Origin: Planctomycetota bacterium | GTDB taxonomy: Bacteria; Planctomycetota; SZUA-567; H5-PLA8 | Reading direction: 5' to 3' | Length of the DNA stretch: 64,000 nt | NCBI GenBank assembly: GCA_038227875.1 | Contig: JBBRPR010000005.1 | Span: forward strand, 160,001 to 224,000 | Shown here: positions 37,173-46,429 of the stretch, piece after piece | Layout: the number at the start of each line of letters is the position of its first letter | How positions within the stretch are numbered: position 1 is the first letter of the stretch | Notes under the pieces: generated by a model | What the model was told of the DNA's origin: nothing | The model's database searches: none | The model's input: the letters and a program-made list of their open reading frames with translations, nothing else | Made by a program: the position numbers and the translations under genes

Positions 37173-38810
37173 TTAATGCGATCCGCTTTCCGGTTTGCTG
37201 GGAATCGAACTCAGCGGCACGGGCGTCTGGGTGTTGACTGGCACCGGCGTGTTTGCGGGCAGCAATTGCACGGCTTCCAACTGCGCCGAACGGAGAAAAT
37301 CAATCGCGTCACCCAGTACGCGCGCAGTCTCCTGCGGAGCGTGGAAGCCCATCGAATTTTCCGCGGCGACAAAGTCCAGCCGCCACTGCCCGCGCCGGTG
37401 CAGCCGCGCCATGCGTTGCAACGCCGGATCTTCCTTCACGTGGGCGGCCCACAGGGCGTTGAGCGTTGCCGCGGATTTTTCAGTCAGCTTCCGCGCCTGC
37501 TCTTCGGCGCTCAACGCGGCATAGCTTTCGTCCTTGGCCAGTTCAGCGCGCGCCTTGGTCTGCGCTTCGTCCTGGTGCGCCTGGTTGAACGGCGCGCGGA
37601 CGAGTTTGACGGTATCCAGAAAATCAATCAGCGACTGGCCGGCGCGCTGCAGCAGGTTGAAATTGCGATTCTGAATCGCGTTGACCCGCGACTGGATTTC
37701 CGATTCCGCGTACTGATGGCACTGCTGGCAGGCGTGATTGATGTTGGTCAGCGGCGAGCGGACCCAGTGATCGGAGACTTTCATCGCGCCTTCGCGGACG
37801 TAGGGCATGTGGCAATCGGCGCAAGCCACGCCGGACCGCGCGTGCACGCCCTGGCTCCAGGTTTCAAACTCCGGATGCTGGGCCTTCAGCATCTCCGCGC
37901 CGCTCTCGGCGTGCACCCAGTCGTAAAAGGGATGGCCGTCGGGAAATTTGTATTCGTCGTAAAACTTTTCGATTTCGTCGACCGTCAGGCCCTCGCCCCA
38001 GGGAAAGAGAGCCGGCACTTTCGGTCCGCAATAGTATTCCACGTGGCATTGAGCGCAGACAAACGAGCGCATTTCCTGGCGCGTCGCGTCGCGGTTGACG
38101 TCAAAATCCTTGACGCCCTGCTTCGCCTTCAAGGCCTTGATCCCCGCGATAAACGGCGGACGCTGCACCCGTAGTTTCATCGTTTCCGGATCGTGGCAAT
38201 CGACGCACGAGACGGGGTGCGCGCCTTCCTTGGGCGTCATCACCTGCGTCATGCCGTCCGAGACCGGATTGACCGAACCGGTTTTCTCGATCTCCTTGTG
38301 CCCGTCGGCGTAGGTCATCTTGCAGAGTTTCTCGAAGCCGGCCGTCAGATCGCCGTCGCCCAGCCGCGAATAGGTCGGCACCACGGACGTGTGGCAGTTG
38401 AGACAGGAACCCGGTTGCGGCCGCTCTTTGACGCGCCGGGTACTTTCCTGGTCGCTGAGCATGTACGCATGCCCGCGGCGGTCGCGGTAATCCAGCGAGA
38501 AGGCGTAGCCGGCGAACATCCGGGTCAGGAAGGGATAGACCACGGCCTTTTCGTTGGGGCTGGAATCGCCGCCGCCAAACGTGGTCTTCGAGGACGTGAT
38601 GGTCTTGGAATACTGATCGAATTCGCGCGGCCAGTTGACGCCCCAGGGCGCGGGATCGGTCGTCTGGTCTGTGACTTTGACCAGCCGCAGATAGGGGCTC
38701 TTCTCCTCCTGCTTATGCCTGACGATGGTCACCAGCAGCATCGCCACCAGTCCCGTGGCGACAGCGGTCAGCAGAATGGCGAAAACAACAACGCGGCGCG
38801 AAATCATCAC
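37173..38810 (-). CDS. nrfA: Ammonia-forming cytochrome c nitrite reductase catalytic subunit
   Basis: Five heme motifs (CLNCH, CVDCH, CAQCH, CADCH, CQQCH); FAGYAFSLDY..RGHAY, CHVEYY, LKAQHPEFE, AAENSMGFHAP. Confidence 0.93.
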   Translation of the reverse strand: MMISRRVVVFAILLTAVATGLVAMLLVTIVRHKQEEKSPYLRLVKVTDQTTDPAPWGVNWPREFDQYSKTITSSKTTFGGGDSSPNEKAVVYPFLTRMFAGYAFSLDYRDRRGHAYMLSDQESTRRVKERPQPGSCLNCHTSVVPTYSRLGDGDLTAGFEKLCKMTYADGHKEIEKTGSVNPVSDGMTQVMTPKEGAHPVSCVDCHDPETMKLRVQRPPFIAGIKALKAKQGVKDFDVNRDATRQEMRSFVCAQCHVEYYCGPKVPALFPWGEGLTVDEIEKFYDEYKFPDGHPFYDWVHAESGAEMLKAQHPEFETWSQGVHARSGVACADCHMPYVREGAMKVSDHWVRSPLTNINHACQQCHQYAESEIQSRVNAIQNRNFNLLQRAGQSLIDFLDTVKLVRAPFNQAHQDEAQTKARAELAKDESYAALSAEEQARKLTEKSAATLNALWAAHVKEDPALQRMARLHRRGQWRLDFVAAENSMGFHAPQETARVLGDAIDFLRSAQLEAVQLLPANTPVPVNTQTPVPLSSIPSKPESGSH

Positions 38811-38832
38811 GAATGGTCCTCAGTACACACGG

Positions 38833-39312
38833 CTAATGAGTGGGCGCGTGGCCCACGTTTCGATGACAGTGAATACACAACTGCGCTTCCCTGACGCCTC
38901 CAGCCGGCACGATGATGGAGTCGTGAACCAGCGTGTTGTGACAGCGCACGCAGTTTTCCTGCAGAATCTGCGCGTTGAGCGGCGTGATCATGATCGGCTC
39001 ATGAAAGTCTTCGAGCGTAAAGGCCTTGGAATGGTTGTAGCCGTTGCGCGCCTTGGCGATCAGCTTGGGCACCAGTTCATGGGGCAGATGGCAGTCGACG
39101 CAGACGGCCACATGGTGATGGCCGGATTTCTTCCACGACGAGAACTCGTCATTCATGATGTGGCAATTGACGCAGGCCTTGGGATCGGTCGAGAAATACG
39201 AAAACCCTTCCGCGTACGCGAAGGTAAAGACCGATAGCCCGATCAGGATGCCAATCATTCCGATGAGCGTGTACACCGTTTTTCGACTTAGAGTAGTTAT
39301 ATTGGAACCCAT
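38833..39312 (-). CDS. nrfH: Cytochrome c nitrite reductase small subunit (tetraheme NapC/NirT family)
   Basis: N-terminal TM; CVNCHIM, CVDCHLP, CVRCH, CIHCHRNVGH; adjacent to nrfA. Confidence 0.93.
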   Translation of the reverse strand: MGSNITTLSRKTVYTLIGMIGILIGLSVFTFAYAEGFSYFSTDPKACVNCHIMNDEFSSWKKSGHHHVAVCVDCHLPHELVPKLIAKARNGYNHSKAFTLEDFHEPIMITPLNAQILQENCVRCHNTLVHDSIIVPAGGVREAQLCIHCHRNVGHAPTH

Positions 39313-39534
39313 CTATCCACCTCAAAGAGCGCAGATCGTAATACACAACGCGATTCCCACAAGGTCCAACCCAAAAAGGACGGAAGCAGGAGTTAACTCG
39401 ATAATCTATACATTGATCCATTAGCGCACATACGCTCATCAAAGACGCTGCTGTATTCGCGCTTTTCGTGGACGCGTGGCGGAATTTTGCGGAGACCTGG
39501 CACTCTCTCTTACACCACAGGCGTAAAGGATGGG

Positions 39535-40452
39535 CTACGGTCCTGTGTGGGCTCTGCGAAGACTGTCGATCTCTTCCTGCAACTTGGCCGCGGCCCGCGC
39601 CTCCGCTTCTCTCGAATTTTTTTTAACCGCCGTGTCGCGCGTGTAGCCGACAAAATCCAGCCAACCCGACGAGCGCGTCTGACGGTGCGTGTCGGTCAGT
39701 GTGAAAAGCCGATCGGCTTGCATCGCTTTCAGCTCCGCGTCCAGGTCCACATCCAGCAGCGGAACGCCCAGCGCTTTGAGAAACGCGCGGGCCATCAGCA
39801 GATGGCCGGCGGCGGAGGGATGGATGCCATCGCTGCAAAAACATAAGCGCGGATCCTTCTGGCGGCGCTGCTTCAGGTAATCGTTCAGCGGCGTATGCAG
39901 ATCGGCCGCGGTGACACCGGGTTGTTTCAAGTTCATGATCCAGCGGCTGTACTCCTGCAGGACCTGATCGTATTTGCAAAACGGATTGATGTAGCTGAAG
40001 TCGGGAGCGTCATCGTTGAGCAGGCTTTTCTCGATGGGCAAGGCATCAAATGGCGGCGGTGTCAGCAGGACCACCTGAGCGCCGGCCGACTGGGCGTCTC
40101 GCACCAGTTTGAGGATGCCGGTTTGAAACGCGTGGAAGCGCTCGGAGCTTTGCGGATGGTAGATACCGTCGTTCATTCCGTAGCAGGCCACCACCACCTC
40201 CGGCTTGATTGCACTGAGCGCGCGGGCCAGACGTTCATGCACGCAGGGCCGCGGGAACGGGTGAATCTTCTCTGACAATCCCGACGCGGTTTCGCTGGAG
40301 AGGCCGATGCTGATCAGGTCGAAATTCTGGGTGGGGAAGTTCCGGTTCAGATAGTACTCGATCATCGTGACGTACGCGCCATTCTGAGTGATGCTGTCGC
40401 CCAGGAACAGGATTCGTCTTCCCGCCAGCGTGGATTGGTTTTGCTGTGTCAT
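39535..40452 (-). CDS. SGNH/GDSL hydrolase
   Basis: LFLGDSIT, GLSSET, YGMNDG, DGIHP. Start moved to ATG 40452. Confidence 0.88.
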   Translation of the reverse strand: MTQQNQSTLAGRRILFLGDSITQNGAYVTMIEYYLNRNFPTQNFDLISIGLSSETASGLSEKIHPFPRPCVHERLARALSAIKPEVVVACYGMNDGIYHPQSSERFHAFQTGILKLVRDAQSAGAQVVLLTPPPFDALPIEKSLLNDDAPDFSYINPFCKYDQVLQEYSRWIMNLKQPGVTAADLHTPLNDYLKQRRQKDPRLCFCSDGIHPSAAGHLLMARAFLKALGVPLLDVDLDAELKAMQADRLFTLTDTHRQTRSSGWLDFVGYTRDTAVKKNSREAEARAAAKLQEEIDSLRRAHTGP

Positions 40453-40614
40453 TATGGATCGCGATCCCTTCCGTATGCGCGTCGTCGAGTTCATTCCGCA
40501 ACGTGTAGTTGTGGTGGATTTCCGTGAGCGCTGATGATAAGGCGGCAATTGCAAAAAATACAACGCGACGGATTGAGCCACTCGCCAGCCACCACGGAAG
40601 GGGATCGTACGCGC

Positions 40615-42585
40615 ATGCAGACAGACAAGAAGTCCGCCACCTGGATTTTTGATGAAGGCATTCGCGCGTACAGCATGTTCGAACCGCTTCATTTCGAACG
40701 CATGCGCGGCGGCGGCGGGGACAATCTCAAGAAAGTCTATGATTTCAAACGCACCCGCACCTTTATGGAAGACCTGGCCCGGCAGGGCTACAACCAGGTC
40801 TGGTTCAATTGGTGGAAAGGTTATGGTTTGAAGCATGAGCAGGAATGCCAGGACCAGGTCGCGCGGTTGTTCCCACTCTGCAAGAAATTAGGTCTCCGTT
40901 CCGTCTGCTACCATTCGTTCGGTTCGCTCACGTTCGACACGTTGCTTCACGAAGAACCCGACGCGGTCAATTGGATCGCACGCACGCAGGCCGGACAACC
41001 GACCAGCTGCCAGGTTACCTTCCAGGCTTTCCGCTACCGGCCCTGCTTTTCATCTGACGGCTATTTAAGCTACATGGAAAAAGTGCTGGCGCGCGCCATC
41101 GATGCCGGCGCCGATGGAATTCACTTCGACAATATCGGCATGCAAGCGGAGCCGGAAGCCTGCCACTGCGAGCGCTGCACGCGTCTGTACCGCGAATACC
41201 TGCAGGAGCGCTTCGCGGGAAAGCTGGGCGAAGAGATTTTCGGGATGTCGGACTTCACTCACGCCACCGTGCCGTGGTTCAACCAGCACAACCCGGCCGC
41301 CAAGTTCTGGCGCGCAATGGCTCCGCACCAGTGGTCGTGGATCGATTTCAAATGCCATACGCTCGGCGGCGCATCGCAACGGCTGGCGAACTTCATTCAT
41401 CAGCGCAATCCCAACGTGTACGTCGAAATGAATGCGTGCGAGGGCGATGGCTTCGCCGCGGCATTCTGGCGCGGCAACGACGCCGATCAGATGTTTCCCA
41501 AGATCGAACTGGTCTGCGATGAGGCCAATGGCGAGGAGCGCGTCAACGCCAAGGGCGCGATGCTCGGCCAGTACCGCGCCAAGAAATGGTGCCGCGCCTT
41601 CGGCTGCGCGCATTGGGGCACCGGGCGCGTGGCGGATTTCTGCGAAGACCTGGCGCTCTCGTCGGCGCCTCACGGATTCTGGACGCGCTACAAGGACTAC
41701 CAGCTGCACGCCGAATCGCGCGCGACCGTCGCGGTGCTGCGCGAGCGCAACAGCCTCGCCTACAATCGGTGGAGTCCCTGGGAGGAAACGCTGGCCATCG
41801 AGCAGTATCTCGTCGAGCGGCACATTCCGTTCGATTTTGTACACAACGGCCAGCTCGACGAGCTCGGTGACACGTACCGCTTGTTGATCGTGGCGGGCGC
41901 CGAAGTGATGTCCGATGAGGTCCGGGACGCGCTGGTCCGCTTCGTCAAGACCGGCGGCCGCCTGCTGCTCACGGGTGCCGCGGGCGTTTACGATCGGTAC
42001 TATCGTGCCCGACGGCAGCGCGTAGGGCGCATCACGACGTTGAACGAGATGCAGAAGGCGCTCATGCCGCTGAATGCGTTTCATGAATTGATCGGCGCAG
42101 ATCCGCTGGGCTCCGGCCAGTCCGTCATCAAGCGCAAGTTCGGCAAGGGCCAGGTCGCCTGGATTCGCGAAATGGATGTCGATCGTCTTCCGCGCACGCC
42201 CGATCACTGGGTCATCGGCGCGGACTGGTTCATGCTTCCCCGCAATGCCGCCGAAATTGACGACGTCATGGCCTGGCTGGTCCCCGGCGGATTTGGCATC
42301 CGCGTGGACACGCATGGAAAACTCTACGTTCATGCCACCGCGAGAAAGGACACGGGCGAGTGGCTGATCCACCTGATCAACCATGAGCACAAGGACAAGA
42401 AGACCACGCGTGCCGAGCTGCGGGTAGAAGTGCCGGCCAAGCCGCGCGCCATCGTGTCCATCGCCCTCGACGACGCGGAGAAGAACTACGCGGAGCGCAG
42501 GGAGCGGGGGCAGTTGGCCGGGACGACGCTGACGATTCCGATTGAGAACATCCGCGCGCATCGAACGGTGATCTTGCGTTTCTGA
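40615..42585 (+). CDS. Putative glycoside hydrolase-like TIM barrel with beta-galactosidase trimerisation-like domain
   Basis: GADGIHFDN..CHCERCTRLY..YL; HIPFDFV..YRLLIVAG..MSDE..LVRFVKTGGRLLLTG; LIHLINH. Confidence 0.6.
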   Translation: MQTDKKSATWIFDEGIRAYSMFEPLHFERMRGGGGDNLKKVYDFKRTRTFMEDLARQGYNQVWFNWWKGYGLKHEQECQDQVARLFPLCKKLGLRSVCYHSFGSLTFDTLLHEEPDAVNWIARTQAGQPTSCQVTFQAFRYRPCFSSDGYLSYMEKVLARAIDAGADGIHFDNIGMQAEPEACHCERCTRLYREYLQERFAGKLGEEIFGMSDFTHATVPWFNQHNPAAKFWRAMAPHQWSWIDFKCHTLGGASQRLANFIHQRNPNVYVEMNACEGDGFAAAFWRGNDADQMFPKIELVCDEANGEERVNAKGAMLGQYRAKKWCRAFGCAHWGTGRVADFCEDLALSSAPHGFWTRYKDYQLHAESRATVAVLRERNSLAYNRWSPWEETLAIEQYLVERHIPFDFVHNGQLDELGDTYRLLIVAGAEVMSDEVRDALVRFVKTGGRLLLTGAAGVYDRYYRARRQRVGRITTLNEMQKALMPLNAFHELIGADPLGSGQSVIKRKFGKGQVAWIREMDVDRLPRTPDHWVIGADWFMLPRNAAEIDDVMAWLVPGGFGIRVDTHGKLYVHATARKDTGEWLIHLINHEHKDKKTTRAELRVEVPAKPRAIVSIALDDAEKNYAERRERGQLAGTTLTIPIENIRAHRTVILRF

Positions 42586-42642
42586 TGGGCTGGGAGCCCG
42601 GGAAACTGACTTGAATTCACGCGCGGTTCAGCTGACGTGAAT

Positions 42643-42930
42643 TCATTTTTGGAAGGGTACTTGAGTCTTCGGGAAGTTGTCGAAATCCCGCTGCATCTTA
42701 TTCCAATTCGGCAGCCAGAATAAAAAGAAAAAGGCCACACCAATCACAAAACCGCCGACGCTCAAGAAAATCCAAACCGTGACAAACCGATTTGCCACGC
42801 GTCCGAGTTCTGTATTGGAATTGGGATTGGTTTTGCCGTCAATCCATTCGCCGCAATGCTGACACTTGCTTGCGCTATCCGGAATTTGTCCAACGCAAAA
42901 GGGGCAGGATTTCAAGATAGGTCTCCGCAA
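42643..42930 (-). CDS. Small zinc-ribbon membrane protein (AT-richer)
   Basis: CPFC..CQHCGEW followed by one TM helix. Confidence 0.6.
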   Translation of the reverse strand: MRRPILKSCPFCVGQIPDSASKCQHCGEWIDGKTNPNSNTELGRVANRFVTVWIFLSVGGFVIGVAFFFLFWLPNWNKMQRDFDNFPKTQVPFQK

Positions 42931-43083
42931 TTTAGAAGGAATAATGCGCTCTGCTGCATGAACGCGCCGCGATTATCGAGGAGATAAATGCAGGAGTCAA
43001 GTTAGCGCCTTATGGCCTATCCATCACCCAGCATCTACGACCCATCAGTCGTCAGTCCCTCATTTCTTCAACCTTCGACATTC

Positions 43084-43785
43084 CTACACCGTCCGCGCCG
43101 GCAGCCGCATCTCCACCGCTTTCCCGTCGGCGCTGCGCTCGACGCGAAACGCGGCGGCTTCTTCCCATTCGACCAGCGCTTCGCTGAATACGCCGTCGAC
43201 GTAGTGGATCGCCGCGCGATCGCTGGCAGCGTAACCGGGCTTCAGCGCGCCGCTGGCCACCATCTGTAAGTACGACTCGCGGCGATCTTTCTCATTGGAG
43301 TAGTGCGGGCAGAACGAGCCCGTCAACACGGCGAGACCGGCCAGCGGGTTGTATTCGCCGGGAATGAAGTCGGAGCTGCTGTGCTCGAACCAGCAATTGG
43401 CTCCCGCCGACGCGCCGGAGAGCACCAGGCCTGCTTTCCATGCTTTGACGAGAATGCGGTCGAGTTCCCATTCGCGCCAGAGTGCGATCAGGTTGCGCGT
43501 GTTGCCGCCACAAATGTAGACGGCGTCGAATTCAGCGACGTAGCCTTCCAGATCGCGCGTGGGGACCGAATAGAGCGACAGATAATTGGGGTGCGCGTTC
43601 AGCCGATGAAAAGCTTCCGAGAAATTCGCAATCGTCTCGCGGTTGTCGGCAGACGCGGTCGGGATCACGCAGATTTTGGGATAGCGCTTGCCGGTGGTTT
43701 TCAGGACTTCCATCAGCATGCGGTTGGGGCCGCCCTTGGGCCCGCACGAACCGCCACCGCCGATGGCAAAGAGATGGGATGACAT
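43084..43785 (-). CDS. Peptidase S51 (dipeptidase E-like)
   Basis: AIGGG, IPTASAD, YICGGNTRNL, GASAGA nucleophile, SFCPHY. Confidence 0.88.
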   Translation of the reverse strand: MSSHLFAIGGGGSCGPKGGPNRMLMEVLKTTGKRYPKICVIPTASADNRETIANFSEAFHRLNAHPNYLSLYSVPTRDLEGYVAEFDAVYICGGNTRNLIALWREWELDRILVKAWKAGLVLSGASAGANCWFEHSSSDFIPGEYNPLAGLAVLTGSFCPHYSNEKDRRESYLQMVASGALKPGYAASDRAAIHYVDGVFSEALVEWEEAAAFRVERSADGKAVEMRLPARTV

Positions 43786-43847
43786 CGATACGCCTCCGCA
43801 GGATTGAAGCGGAATCGTAACTCAGCGCGCGAAAAAACGCACGCGCA

Positions 43848-44543
43848 TCACGCCAATGCCGGCGTCTGCGGACGTGTGGTAAAGCGGCGGAAGAGCAGCC
43901 CCAGGCTGACGCCGAAGAACAGATGCGCCGTCAGGGTCACGATCACGAACGTCGCGGCGATTTGGATGCCGAAATACGACGTGTACGGCGTGAAGAGCAT
44001 CGCCAGTTCCAGGCCCACGGCCATGACCACCGCCCAGCCCCAGTTGCGTTTTGTGGCGCTGCCGACCATCGCGGCGTACATCATGCCGAAGGTGATGCCG
44101 TTGCTGAAGTGGTAGATCCAGCCCACGATCTGCGCGGAGAGCGAGTACGTCGCCTGATCCACCGGCTGACCCAGAATCATCGCGCCAAAGCGGGGAAACA
44201 CTTTATATAGCGGCAGAGACGGGATGAACCCGGTGATGCCCAATTCCTTCGAGAAGACAAATGGAATGCGAAAAGTGTCGTACGTGACAGCCGCCAGAAA
44301 TCCCGCCAGCCCGCTCCACAGCAGCATGCGCCAGAGCCGCCCGTCTCCCTTTGAGTAGTCGAGCACGCCCATCGCCGCGAGCACGGTCAGCGCTGGAATC
44401 GAGACGTAAAACGTGAACGTCTGCATCGAACACAGGCCGTAAAATTCGGCCAGCAAACACCAGATCGACGACGCGGCGAGCACGAACACGAGGGCGCGGC
44501 CAGGGACGGTCCATTGGTAAACATCTCTGGCACGGGTACTCAT
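43848..44543 (-). CDS. Multi-pass membrane protein of unknown function
   Basis: About six TM segments; YDTFRIPF, GWIYHFSNGITFG, TAHLFFG. Start is 44543 or 44567. Confidence 0.7.
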   Translation of the reverse strand: MSTRARDVYQWTVPGRALVFVLAASSIWCLLAEFYGLCSMQTFTFYVSIPALTVLAAMGVLDYSKGDGRLWRMLLWSGLAGFLAAVTYDTFRIPFVFSKELGITGFIPSLPLYKVFPRFGAMILGQPVDQATYSLSAQIVGWIYHFSNGITFGMMYAAMVGSATKRNWGWAVVMAVGLELAMLFTPYTSYFGIQIAATFVIVTLTAHLFFGVSLGLLFRRFTTRPQTPALA

Positions 44544-44727
44544 CAGGTCTGCCTTTCGGTGAAACATTCAGGCCGGGCATTTTCTCAAACGGTGAAAGCA
44601 TTGTCAGGTCACAAAAAAGAATGTCAAAAACGAGAATCTCGAATTTCCACGGCACTGAGTACAAAGTACCGCTTGCGAACAGATCGTAACGGGCTTAAAA
44701 ACAAGTTACCGCTCGTATCGACTCCTG

Positions 44728-45741
44728 ATGGAAGTTCTCCAGCATATGGACGCGACATTACTGATCGCCACTTCCGCGCCGCCGCGCACGCTTCCGGTCG
44801 TTCACGAGCAGGCCCAACGGCCGATGAACCCCGCCAGTCTCGCGTTGTTGCTCTCGCTGCTGATCCACATTCTGGCCGTGTCTCTCTGCGGCATGATTGC
44901 CATTTCGGCGCGACACGAATCGCTGCACGCGGGAATGCCGGCCGAACCGCTGGCGGTCACGATCGTCTCGGATCTGCCCGAAAACTGCGACGCGCCCATG
45001 CCAGCGCTGGTGCTCGAGCCGCGGCCAGATCTGGCGGAACCGGCTCCGCTGGAAACACAACGGATCACCGAGATCGAACCGGTTCAGGCCGTCGTCGAAA
45101 CGTCGGAACAGAACGGATTTCAAGACGATGCGGACGGCGGGACGCTCCCGGAAGTCGAGCAGGCGAAATCGGGTGGCGGTGGTGGAGATGACGCGGCGAG
45201 CTCGGAAGTCGGACACGTCCGACTGGCGCGTGAAGACTGGTCGCGCGTCATAATCAAAACCGTCGCGGCGGCGAACACGATCGGGATCGGCGCGGACAAT
45301 TCGGGCGGCGCGCCGGGAACGTTGAACACGCCAGGTTCAGGCCGCGGATTGGGCAATGGCGCAGGGTCAGGCGCTCTCGGCAGCAGCGGAAGCGGCACAG
45401 GATCGGGCAGCGGCCGCGACGGGCAAGGCTCGGGAGCGGGCATGGGCACACACGCGCCGGCGGGTATCACGCGCAACGCGGAGCCGATTCATATCAGCGG
45501 CGGCGGCTACCCGTCAGACGCCAAGCGCGCCGGCCACGAAGGACTGGTGAAGGTCAACGTCGAAGTGCGCGCCGATGGCAGCGTGGGCGCGGTTCAGCTG
45601 GCGCTCTCCAGCGGCTACGATGAACTCGACCGCGCGGCGCTCTCCGCGGCGAAGGATTGGACTTTCCGCGCGGCGCTGGCTGATGGGCGCGCGGTGGACT
45701 CGCGGGTGATTGTGCCGTACCGGTATTCGCTGCAACGGTGA
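44728..45741 (+). CDS. TonB-family energy transducer-like protein
   Basis: TM with S-L-x-x-H (LSLLIH), acidic/Gly-rich linker, C-terminal YPSDAKRAGHEGLVKV..SSGYDELDRAA..WTF. Confidence 0.8.
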   Translation: MEVLQHMDATLLIATSAPPRTLPVVHEQAQRPMNPASLALLLSLLIHILAVSLCGMIAISARHESLHAGMPAEPLAVTIVSDLPENCDAPMPALVLEPRPDLAEPAPLETQRITEIEPVQAVVETSEQNGFQDDADGGTLPEVEQAKSGGGGGDDAASSEVGHVRLAREDWSRVIIKTVAAANTIGIGADNSGGAPGTLNTPGSGRGLGNGAGSGALGSSGSGTGSGSGRDGQGSGAGMGTHAPAGITRNAEPIHISGGGYPSDAKRAGHEGLVKVNVEVRADGSVGAVQLALSSGYDELDRAALSAAKDWTFRAALADGRAVDSRVIVPYRYSLQR

Positions 45742-45744
45742 AGA

Positions 45745-46413
45745 ATGGCAAAATCCGAAATCAGACGGTTACTTTTCGAAGAATGCGTTGGCCGGTTTTC
45801 GAGATACGAATTTAAGCTGAACAAGAAGAAGGATTGGTTTTTCAGGCGGACCGCACTCGGCATTAACATTTTCCAACTCGTCGTTAAAAACTACGGCCAA
45901 CACTTTTCTATTGATCCACAGGTCGCTATTCGGATCGACGAAGTCGAAACGATCTTTCATCGAACGTCCGGTTTTGAGCCGAAGTATCAAAAGGATACGC
46001 CAACAATTGGTGATAGTGTACTGACGCTGAATCCATCAAAAGGTATTGCAACCTTGCTTCAGCCGCGGATTAATTTGGAGAGCGAGAATCAAATTCCACG
46101 GGTTGTCGATGAACTCATGGAGTTGTTTGAATCGTTTTGTTTGCCGTACTATGGCAACTATGGAAGTCTCAATGCAATTGACCACTTGTTGAATAGTGAA
46201 CCCATGGCGCCTTGTCCGCATCGTGGCATGACTTGGCTTCGCTGCTCAACCGGTGTGATTGTAGCTACGTTGGTGGCACGCCCCAATTTAACCGAGATCG
46301 CTACGATTTATCACGACAGACTCTCGGCATTTTGCAAAGGCTTCTATCTGCCAAAGTATGAAGCGCTGATCGAAGATTTGAAACGCTACCCGACATCTTC
46401 CAAACGCGGCTAA
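45745..46413 (+). CDS. Hypothetical protein, DUF4304-like (AT-richer)
   Basis: 222-aa ORF starting 3 nt after the tonB-like stop; YEFKLNKKKDWFFRR..IFQL. The family guess is weak. Confidence 0.55.
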   Translation: MAKSEIRRLLFEECVGRFSRYEFKLNKKKDWFFRRTALGINIFQLVVKNYGQHFSIDPQVAIRIDEVETIFHRTSGFEPKYQKDTPTIGDSVLTLNPSKGIATLLQPRINLESENQIPRVVDELMELFESFCLPYYGNYGSLNAIDHLLNSEPMAPCPHRGMTWLRCSTGVIVATLVARPNLTEIATIYHDRLSAFCKGFYLPKYEALIEDLKRYPTSSKRG

Positions 46414-46429
46414 CACTGCACGAGGAAGA

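Noticed and set aside
39410..39445. Possible FNR box upstream of nrfH
   Set aside because: TTGAT and ATCAA half-sites are present but about 20 nt apart, not the 4 nt required.
39535..40836. Long N-terminal extensions in the ORF track (SGNH; also glnD, waaA, PhyH)
   Set aside because: They overlap neighbouring genes or spacers, and internal starts fit the RBS and domain boundaries better.
44570..44727. Riboswitch upstream of the TonB-like gene
   Set aside because: No cobalamin, TPP or other recognisable aptamer consensus, and the spacer is short.
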